Below are positions 48,962 through 59,100 of a stretch of DNA of 64,000 nt, in pieces. Source of the DNA: Eutreptiella sp. 'Long Island Sound 2002' (lineage: Eukaryota > Protista > Euglenida); the NCBI GenBank assembly GCA_964036045.1, contig OZ038378.1:190154001-190218000 (forward strand), read 5' to 3'. The notes below the pieces were generated by a model. It searched no databases, was not told where the DNA came from, and saw only the letters and a list, made by a program, of their open reading frames with translations. Numbering within the stretch: position 1 is the stretch's first letter; every line of letters starts with the position of its first letter. The position numbers were made by a program, and so were the translations under genes.

Positions 48962-49116
48962 GAAGAGATCGTGACAGGGACAGGGACAGGGATAGGGACA
49001 GGGACAGGGATAGGGACAGGGATCGAGAACGGGACCGGGGTGGGGACAAGGATAGGGAAAAGGACAAGGACAAAGACAAGGATCGGAGCCGGGAGCGGGA
49101 AAGGGAATCACGATAG
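40652..49116 (+). CDS. RRM + RS/RD-repeat protein (SR-like, SRSF11/SREK1-type architecture), 288 aa
   Basis: Exons 40652-40800, 42063-42150, 43721-43946, 48713-49116 (867 nt, phases match). RNP2-like TVHIGNL and RNP1-like RYGFVEF; the RRM ends STAIK|VSQAR; the C-terminus is RS then a long RD dipeptide tract. Intron 1 needs a GC donor. Optional 18-nt exon at 41863-41880. Confidence 0.88.
42530..42833. mobile_element. PIF/Harbinger (Tourist-like) MITE, copy 2
   Basis: TIR GGGGGTGT...ACGCCCCC, CTA on both flanks; near-identical to 26205-26519. Confidence 0.85.
43435..43655 (+). mobile_element. Short LINE 3' fragment bounded on both sides by CACAC-type arrays
   Basis: Encodes [18 protein letters not shown], homologous to [18 protein letters not shown] in the 27.9 kb copy; ends TGGTAACAGCGCCTTCAGCACACCACAG. 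Confidence 0.75.
44975..45520 (-). mobile_element. Composite retroposon copy: 47-bp VNTR + LINE 3' end + (CACAC)n
   Basis: (TGTGG)n at 44975-44997, LINE-homologous ~230 nt, then about six VNTR units from ~45228. Confidence 0.65.
46029..46216. repeat. (TGTGG)n microsatellite
   Basis: Near-perfect pentamer array of about 37 units. Confidence 0.97.
46924..48555 (-). mobile_element. Composite retroposon copy: 47-bp VNTR (~24 units) + LINE 3' end, bounded by (TGTGG)n on both sides
   Basis: (TGTGG)n at 46924-47052, LINE-homologous ~47053-47320, VNTR ~47340-48457 (measured periods 46-48 nt), degenerate (TGTGG)n at 48458-48555. Confidence 0.7.
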
Positions 49117-52100
49117 ATTGATACGTTGCACATCAGCAGGAGTAGGAAGGGGGTCCCGTGGACTGTAGAGGACTCTGGCAGTTTTTTTGACCTTTTTGTT
49201 CCCCATTCAAGACCGCCCTAGGAGTTGGTGGGTGATCCGAGACTGCTTTGGGCGTGGTTGGGTATGGCAGACCGGAGCTGCTGCTCAAAGCATCCTCCTG
49301 CTGATTGCAATTTTCTTTGTCTTTCGATTGTATTGTCATGTAGAATTTTGAGTTGATGCACTGCATAGGCCCCCGAAATGATGAAGCCCGCGAGTAGGAC
49401 GTTCTTCAGGGCGATTGCTGACTGCGTCAAGTGGTTAACTGATGCAGGTGGGGGCTCAACCACTGGTGGTTGGTGCTGAACCTCCAGCATTTGGCCGGTC
49501 CCGGCCAGACGACGGTTGGCCAGTAACTGCCAGCAATTGGCTGCAACCGTCTGGGGGCGACGCCGAAAAGCTTCCCCCCCCCCCCCCATGCCAGGGACCC
49601 CGTCGCGGCTGGCGGTTGGTAGGGTGAGGGTCACATTGGGGTGCAATGAGCGACTGTTGGCGCGACGAATGCCACCGGCCAGGGGTTTCTTCTGTCTCAC
49701 AGTGCTCTGCACAGCCACAGCCATTGTTTGTCCCACTTTCTTTTTCCCATGGTAATTTGGGAACGTCCTGCCCTCGAAATGCATTCTTAGGCCCAACACT
49801 CAGGAAAACAGTGGAACGTCATTGTACGTCCTCCTCTAACCGCCCTCGGGCAGCTTTTGACCTTTACCTTACAGCACACTATCCCAGCATTAGCGGTGCC
49901 CAGACTGGCAGTAGGCTTGAGTGACTGATACCTGCCTTGCAATAGCCTCACAAGGTACCATGATTACAGTTGCCTGGTGGCGGTCAGTGGTCGCTGTACA
50001 TAGAGGGAGCCGATGCACGGTGTGCACACGGTGAGCTGGCCGACAGTGAAACTGCAAGCATGCTGCCGTGGAATGCAAAGCCGCGAAACGATCCGAAAAT
50101 CGTGAAATTGAACCACCGAGTTGGAGCAGAGGCACCACCTCGCCCACAAAGATGGGCGAGTCCTCCGTTATCAAGTGCACCGTGTGCGCACCGTGCCTCC
50201 CCATATCATCCGACATACATCTTTGCTACGACGGGAACGACTTGAAACTTGGTCACAGGTCTAGGGACCCGTCACAACAGTCAATTATCACAGCACACAA
50301 AGGAACGGGGCGGGCGTTGGCAGTGCAAGAGCGACGGTATCGGTTGATGTCAGTGTTGACATTGCGTTGGGTCTGCGATGACATGATGCACAATACAGAA
50401 GAACGTGTTGCGGGGTTCATGTGGAATCATTGTCGTGTGTCTGCAGCCTATTTCAAATGTGCATCTCATGGGACAGGCGTGTAGCACGTTTCACTCGTCT
50501 ACCCCCCCCCCAATTTTGCCACTGTCTTGGCCTTTGCACATTTCCATGTTTTTCCATCCACCATGGAGCTCCCAAATTGGGCGTAAGGCATTGAGGAGGG
50601 GTCATCAAAGGGACTTTGGGGTTTTGAATCCTCCAAATGCGGTGGTTGCACAGCATTTTTGGAATCAAATGGGGATGTCCACGGCCCCGAGCGGTTGCAG
50701 GTCGTAGGCGCTCTAGGTGCTTTTTTTTTCTTCTAAAAATAACAACTCCAACCCAGGTCATCGCAGTACGGGGGACCGAAGTGAGATGCCTACACAGGAC
50801 CCCTTTCCGACATGCTGGTGCACGTCGAGGCGGGTTTTCAACCATCCAACCGTGGCGTGAACGGTGTTTGGGCCCCACGGCTTTACTTCCGCGACGGTTC
50901 AGTAGTTGTGCGTGCGCTACCTACTCATCGACTCAGGGATCAAGACCTTTTCTGCAGGAGCTGGGCACTACAGCAACTCAATAGTCAACAGTGGAGACGG
51001 GTGGCATTTTTTCAGATTTTGCATTTTGCACTTTTGCATTTTGGACCAAAGACTGTCTATGATGTAAAGCCTATTTGGCGAGTCTTTACACATGTAAACG
51101 GTAGTGACATGTCACCCATTTTTGGCATGATCACAATACAACATCCCCCTATCTTTGTCATAGCATATGTAGACATGGCACACGCCGTGGTGGACCGAGT
51201 GTGTTAGCATATTGGCTTGGTTTGTATGCAAAGGCTCAGCCTCTACACTTATTTGAGCACCGAAGCGGACATCAGGTACATATTGTGCAGGAAACCAATT
51301 TGTGGCCATGCCTCCCTGTTTCCTCTGCACAACATGGAGCCTCATGTTCACACTGACGGGACACATCAGATAACAAGAAGGCAGGTTGTGTGGAATCCAG
51401 GTCCAGGAGTGCCAGCAGGAATGCACGAAGAGAAAACAAGGTGAAACTATCAGATGCGACCATATTGCTGTGGCATGCGAAGCCGGGCAGCACTGGTGGG
51501 CAAGGGGACAATGTCGGGGCCGAACGCTGCATACATGAGCAGTGGTACCAAATATCTGCCCACTCTCCCCCCTCCTGCAGTATGTCAGTTACCTCACTGT
51601 ATATTGCGTGTCATGCACCTGAATGAAAAGGCATCGTGTTTGACACCGGTTGTTCTGGCTGATTTGATTTCGTCTGCATGGGGCACGTCCAACGTTTTTC
51701 AAACCTCCCACCATCTGCATTAGAATCCTATAACATGTTGGGGTTTACAGACACAGCCCTCACAATCTCAAAATCCCAGGATCCCGAAATGGGGCCTGTT
51801 AAAGTGGAGGCCAGGTGCAGGCACACCAGTAGCAGCGAATTCTCCACTGCTTTCTGCAGAGCCCTTCCTTTTAGCCAACCACTCCAAAGGCAGGCCCAAT
51901 GGTGACATTTTGCCAGTGACTAACCCCCCCTGTCGCCTTTTAAATGTAAAGTCCCCCACTCCTTCAATTGCCCCGGGGGGGGTTCACTGTGATTTTTTGA
52001 CATATTTCTCATGCTGAATAATGTGCATGCTGCGTCGGATATCTTCCCTCCAATGGCAGTGTTGTGTGTGTGCATCCTATTTGTACAGACACATGTGTAC

Positions 52101-53109
52101 ACAAGATGGGGCTTGGGGGGCGGACTGGGGAACTGTGAAATCGTGCCGCCGCCAGGGGTGGGGGGGTGGGGAGAAAGCCGTATTTTAAATTTCCCAGACT
52201 CAATCTCGTTCCTCCAGCCTGATAAAGCCGCTATGCTAGCAAACCAGACAGTCCATTCGATCCAGGGATCAAGACCTTTAGTGCAGCAGCTGGGCACTTC
52301 AGCTACTTAACACTCAACACTGAATCCAGGTGGCATGGTTTTAAATTTTGTGGCCAAATTGCATGCACAGGGGGGTGCTAGTATGGAGCCGGTCCCCAAA
52401 TCACTTTGAAGAGAGGTTGTTAGATCAAGGCACGGGCGCCATGTTTCCCCCTTTTGGACGGGTCATTCGTGTAGCATACCCCCAATGCACGATACCCGAT
52501 ATCTAACCCCTTGTAAAAAAAATCATTTTGGGAGACAAAATTGTTGCCCAATTGATTTTTTCAATTTTGTTCCCCCCACCTCCCAACCCCTCCCCCCATA
52601 CCTGGGTACCACTCCGGGGGGGGATCAAAACTTGCTTGGCCTATAGCCGCCACTGAGTGTCAATTCGGACCCAGGCCCCACTCCAATTTTTTCTTCTATA
52701 TCGACCCCCTAACCAATGACTGGGGTCCCGGGTGCTGTCTCCAATTTTCCAAGATCAGCCCCCCTGTGGGGCCACGCCATAGTCAGTAGTGAGGAGACCT
52801 GTTTTCAGGCTGGCATGGGTTGGCTGGAAGCGCCGTTTTGGGCATGTTTGCACTGTGGTGGGCAAAACTTCCGGCCTTCAGTGTATGACTTTTCCACAGC
52901 AGTTTCAGCCTCCACATCACTTGTCTCTTTTCGAGGTGCCTTGCCAAAAGCAAGAGAATTTCCTGCAATGTCCCATGCAATCTGTCTAAATCAGACCCCA
53001 TTTAGTTGACAATTTTTTAACATCTAGTTGCAGCTGTCTGTTTGTTATATTTAAAGGGGTCGAGGCGCACCTCAGTGCCTAGTCCATGTATGATGACCTC
53101 ATATGTAGG

Positions 53110-53134
53110 CTTTTGTGGTCTCCATTCACAACAG
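53110..53134 (+). promoter_or_regulatory. Candidate trans-splice (or 5'UTR intron) acceptor of RAPTOR
   Basis: CTTTTGTGGTCTCCATTCACAACAG| ends 22 nt before ATG 53157. An in-frame TGA at 53148-53150 shows the ORF cannot extend upstream within this exon. Confidence 0.5.
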
Positions 53135-53156
53135 ACGTGTTGGAGAGTGACGCAGA

Positions 53157-56100
53157 ATGCCAGTTCATGACCTTCACCTCGAGGACCTTGTGGACCACGA
53201 TGACTTCGTGTACAGACAGATCCAACGGGAGAAGCGCAAATGCAATCTCGTTTTCTATGGACCCGAGAAGCCGGATTGCATGACGTCAAAAAAGCCTAGT
53301 CCTCCTCCAAGCTGGCGGGTTAAGGATAAGGTGTGTGCATATGACCCTCCTTGCAGTGGGGCATAGGGGTTAAGGACGACGGCTGCGTGGGTCTTATGCA
53401 TGTGTATGCGGGCACAGTGGGCTACACGCGCACACTGTGCACCAACTGGGCCATTTTCGGATCCCCAACCAGTCCAGTACGTAACATGCTGTCTGTTGGC
53501 AACATGAACATTGTCATAACATTATCTATGTCATCATTTTCACATGCAGTTTGCACCGGCCAGGTTGGTATGGAATATGTGTCTGTGGTGATGATGTAAT
53601 CCTGCTCCCCTGTTGCCCCTTGCCTGCATACATGTTGCCAGCTGTGAAACAGGCACCCATTTGGAGAAAGGGAGAAGGGAGAGGAACAGGCTTGTAACAT
53701 TGATAGCAACGATGGTGACACCTCTCTGCGGAGTTTGCAGTAGAAGCGGCACGTCCGAAAAACGTCCGAAAAACGTGCCCCTTATTTGTGTGCCAACTGC
53801 ATGCCAATTGCAGAGGGCAAGAGGACAAGCATTACTTCACACAAGCCACTGTCAATGACAGTTTTGTGCTCAAACCTGTTGCAAAACCTGCAGCTAACCC
53901 GGCCAATCTATTTTTGGGCAGATATGGCTGACAATTTATGTTGGCGGCGGCCGGGACTTTTTTGTTTGGGCAGCGGGACCAGCCAGAAATTTATTGTGGC
54001 GGGGGACCCAGGGAGGTGGGAAAAAGGTTTGCGGGGGTCCAGGGAAACGGGCTCCTGTGACAGAGCCCTTTTGAAGTGGCAGTCGAGGACCAGGTGTGGC
54101 TCAGAAATTGGGCCGCAGAGCGGACGAATGAAAAAGAAATTTCGATAAAATATCCCCATGATATGTACCTCCTCCAAATGATCAGCGCGTCGTGGCGATC
54201 ATTTTGACGTAAATGTGTGTGTGTGTGTGTTGGGGCACCGTGGACGCCCCCCCCCCCCCCCTGTGGGCCCATCTGGAGCTCGTGTCACGGGAGCCACCCC
54301 CGGGCGGACAAAGGGTAAGCATGTGCAATGGTTTGAGATGAGGGGCAAAATAGTCAAAATGATTTTTTTCTCAAATCGAAAAGGGTATTCCACAGCCCCT
54401 GATGCCCCCAATGGGGAGAGGAGATCAAGAACATGCTGAATTTTGTTTACACAGTGTGTTGTGATGCCCTGTTGTGAGAACTTTGTTCTTCATGAGTTGT
54501 CGGCAGGTTTTTGGTGTGTCTCTCCTGTGTCGTACCACGGGTTGCGGCAGCAACGGCCTAAGTTCGGCGACCGCGTCATGCCGTCGTTCCTGATTTCGGT
54601 CGTAGTTGCGCAAAGGTCTGCGCGCGCGCGTGTGAGTGTATTTGTACGACAGGTTGCAGCCCCAAGGGTTCTGGTGCAAGTTGGAGATTTTGCAATGTTC
54701 TGTGATTCCTCAGTGTGTTTCAGTGTGTGGCCTTTACAATATTTTATCACGGAAGTGAACGGGTTTGACGCTGATCCCGGTGCAGTCGCTCCACTAACGG
54801 GCGCCGGCTGCACGCTGTGCACGCGTCCAGTGTATTCCGGGAACAGGGGAAGGGGTCAGGGACCAGGCCTTCCTTCACTGCCCTGCACTTCTGTACCATT
54901 GCACCTGCACCCTTCACCCCTGCACCCTGCAGCCCCTCGCCCTCGCAACGCTGACCATGCACGCTGTCATCCTGCGCCCCCTCGCTCTGTACGAGGTGGT
55001 GTCCTATGCCCGTCGGCCGCATCTCTATCCTTCAGTTCAAAACTGTGCAACTGGGCCTTATCCTGTGCCTGAATATTGGAGTGGACCCCCCCGACATCAT
55101 CAAGAGAAAGCCATGTGCGACGCTGCAGTGCTGGATAGGTGTGCCTGAATCAAGGCAGTGGTGGCTGATGGCGCAGTGCAAGCCCACCTTTCGTCCTACG
55201 TCCGCTCCTATATTGCTTTGTGGGGCAATCGTAGCATTGGACAGCTCTGATCCTCGATTCCAAGAGTTTGCTGGAGTGCCTTCTGGTGAGCGAGCTTCGC
55301 CAGCTTGCCATGGCCTGGACCCCCGCCCCTCCACAAAAAAAAAGCAATGCAGCTCACTTTTCCACGACGGGCAATCTGCTAGATGGTCCTTAACCACTCC
55401 CCCTCAACTTTTTTGTACCTTTTACGGTCACCCCTAACAATTCTTTGACATGCCGCTTGACAACCAGTGGTTGATGGTTGACCGACGCCTGTTGCTAGTC
55501 AACTAATGGCGTTCCAGAAGGGACGCGAGAAAAGGTGGAGACCTTGCACGGGGTTTTCTAGGGCCTGTCAGAAGGTGTGATGATTTCGCTGACATCTGTT
55601 GAAACTGGTCTCCCAAGTGGTGTTGAAGAAGACAGTGACAGTGCATCAGACACGGAGATTGTGTAGGCAAAGAGTGCGCGTGGTGTGTGGGGACTGGCAG
55701 ATGCCTTTGCCAACGGAAAATTGTATTTCACGCGCGATGTTCCTGAGGCAAGCTGCTTGCCTCAGCCGCAAAATTCTGACATGCTGTCAGCATCTCCGCC
55801 TTAAGAACCCTGGTTCCGGTGCTGGACGGAGTCCAGCTGCACTGTGCAGGCGTTGTGTTGACCCTGCTGGGACTGTGACGTGACATACCGCAGCCTGGCG
55901 GCAAGACCAATGACCAGGGAGGCCTCGGAGGGTTGGCTGAGCAGGGCACCCTGCTCGTCTGCCTGCCCATATTTTTGCTTGCAGTCGTGATGTTTGGTTG
56001 GTGGTCTCTTTTGGCGTTTTGCGCTGACACGCTTGTGCAATTCATGCACCCCAGCCGTGGATCGTTGGCGAATCGGGTTGCTGGAATGCGTTCCTCCTTA

Positions 56101-59100
56101 TACCTGTGGTGGCCACACTATCTACAAGGCTGTACACGTCTATAACGTGGTTTCATACCATCGGTTCTCTTGGCCACTTTGGGCGCCTTAGTTAGGGATT
56201 GTATTGCATGATTGCTAGCTGTTGGGACGTAGGACGGGCTTTGATATGAGGTAATCAGGCAATGGCCTAGCCCTATGAACGTACACACCATCTCAGTCTC
56301 AACTCGGTGGGTCTTCTTGCTTGCAGGCTTGTAGATTTGTGCCAACTCCCCTCCTTTTCCCCCACAAACGACCTCAATCAATAAATCATCTCAACGAGGT
56401 TGTTAGATCAAGGTTAGGCATGAGAAGTGGACAATGTGCACTTTTTGGGGGTAGTCATGTACCATGCCCTGAGGGTTCAAATGTGAAATGTTTTTTTCGT
56501 TTAAAATCATCATTTCATGAACCAAAAACATCCCCAGAAATTTGCAATTTGGCCCCTGCAACCTACTCCCCCCCCCCCCGCCGCCCCTACTTTTTGCTCA
56601 AAATCACGAATTTTGAGCCGAAAAAAATTGTGGACCGTCATTGTGTGAGTGGGACTTTTGATTGCTAAACCAGTTTTTGGGCTGCTCTGTAGCACTTGAA
56701 ATCTAAATCTTCTAAAAACCGACCTTTTCCAAAACCATTCTGCAGGCTCTGGGATGGTGTTGGGTCATCCTTCGGTGACAATGTGGGTACTCTAGCCCCC
56801 ATGGGGACCAATGTAGTGGCTGCACATTTTTTTTGGGCGGGGGGGTACTCTAGCACCCATGGGGACCCACCCACACAGTGGCTGCTCGGCCCATGTGGGC
56901 AGGGCCACAGGCCCCCTTGAAACCCCTGGAATTGCGTGACAAACATTTCGGAAATTGGACCTTTCCCAATACCCTTCTATGGGCTCTGGGATGGGTTTGG
57001 GTCGTCATTATGTGACAATACAGGTGCTCTAGCACCCATGTGCACCCACGTAGGGACTGCTGGGTCCATGTGGCCTCCTGAAACCCCTGACATTGCTGTT
57101 TTCCCCACTTGAAGTTCATCCAATACAAAAATTTTCCAACAAGTATCTTTCCGCCAATTTTTTTTGACGAAACAATTTTCCAATAATTTTCTGCAAAAAT
57201 AATTTTGACATTTTTTTTTTGAACCACAAGTTTTTCAACAGCAAATTTTTTTCCAACAAAATTCTTTTCGAAAATTCTTCCAACAAAATTTCTTGAACCA
57301 AAAGTATTTTCCAACATGCAATTTTTTCGAACAAAAAACATTTTTCCATTTGTCATGTTCTCTACTTCCACTAATCCTGTTCCCATGGTTTCTGGTATGT
57401 GGGGCCCTGATACAGCAGTGGTTATGTCGTCAACTATCCATGCTCACGTTGGGTGTGGCCCTGATACGGCTGGGTTTATGCAGGCGCATCACTCTCCTCT
57501 GCTTTGCAAGACCCGAGATAGTGGCTTATAGCCACCCCAATGCTCTACTCTGCTCCGAGATCGCAGGGGTTACAGTACTCCTCTCTGCCTTGTGTGGCTG
57601 TGTGTGGCTGGAGGGTATCAGGGCTGCATGCAAGTGAAAAGTGCAGCCCAAGCTTGGAATTTAGGCCATACATCTTCGGGTTGTTCTCAGTATGCATGTA
57701 TGCATAAATGGCTACTGTTCGTTAATTTGTCGTTTCTGATCCGATGGCAAAAATCAAACAGAAGAATGTTGCGCCTCAAGACAAAGCTACCACAGGGGAT
57801 TGGGTGTGGGTGGTTGCAACCCAACAGGCCATCACGTGACAGCACATGCATACATTGTGTTCCTTGCAGGCTGTTTTTTGAGGGGCATCCGTTTGAGGCA
57901 TTTTCCAGCAAAAAGCACTGAAAGCTGTTCGGAATTTTTTTCTAAAATTTTTTCCAACAACTAGTTTTTTTGAACCAAAGTTTTTTGCAACAAAAAGCTT
58001 TTCAACAGGGAATGTTTCCAACAAAGATTTTCAACAAAAATCTTTTTGAACAAAAACATTTTCTTGAATCAAAAGTTTTTCCAAAAAAAATTCCCAGTAA
58101 AAAAGTTTTTCTGACAAACAATCCAACAAATTTTTCTTCGAACTCACAAATTTTTCAAAACAAAAACTTTTTCCAACAAAAAATGTTTTGGAGGGGTTTA
58201 TGTAGCCAATTATCCACACTCCTGTTGGGTGTAGCCCTGAGATGGTTTTGGTTATGCAGGCGCATCACTCTCCTCTGCTTTGCCTTCTCTTGGAACCTGT
58301 TTGTCTGTGTATGTGGATGTGGGTGGTCACAACCCAACAGGCCACTATGAGAAAGCACATGCATGCATTGTGTTCCTTGCAGGCTACCTTTTTAGCAGCA
58401 TCCTTTTCAGGCATTTTCTGGGTAAAAGCACAGAAAGCAGCTTGCAGAGCGCACGGCACGGCGGACAAATGTTCTCTTGAGCCCCTTCCCTGGTTGGTCA
58501 CCTCCCTCTGCCTTCGAAATTCCATAGATCCGAATGAAGGAGTTGCTTTTTCACCAACCAAACCGATCGACAAAATTGTGAACCAACTGAAAGCGCAGTA
58601 CGATCGCTGGCAGCCAAGGGTATGCGTGTGGCCAGGGGCTTGGGGTCTGGGCTTGTATTGTTCTGTCTCCCGATGAGTTGGTTGTGTGACTGGGGAAGGC
58701 CCCACGAGCCAAGGAGTACACCAAATGGCGGACCCTGGGCTCTGCTGGCGCAAACAGCGGGACGTCCATCATAAACAAGAATGACATGTGCTCCATATAG
58801 AGTACCATCCAATAACTCAGTCCCACCAAGGGGTCTGGTGAAATTGTAGTCCCATGTGTGTTGTCAAATGGCTTCAGTAGCCCACTGGTAGGACAGACGG
58901 GGGTGGTATACAGGCTTGGGGGGGAGGGGGGGCACAAATGGTGTTTGCGCCCCACATATGTATTACTACACCCTTCTCCCCTTCAATCTAGCGAACAACA
59001 AGCAACAAGCAACAAGCATGTCATCATTCCGTTTTGGCCATTGCTACGTCCCAACGCCTCATATCCTTCCCTAATCTTGCCATCCTAGAGCCTAGATAGG

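Noticed and set aside
48270-49168. Ser-Leu, Cys-Pro and Gly-Thr repeat ORFs
   Set aside because: Alternative frames and the antisense strand of the RD-repeat exon.
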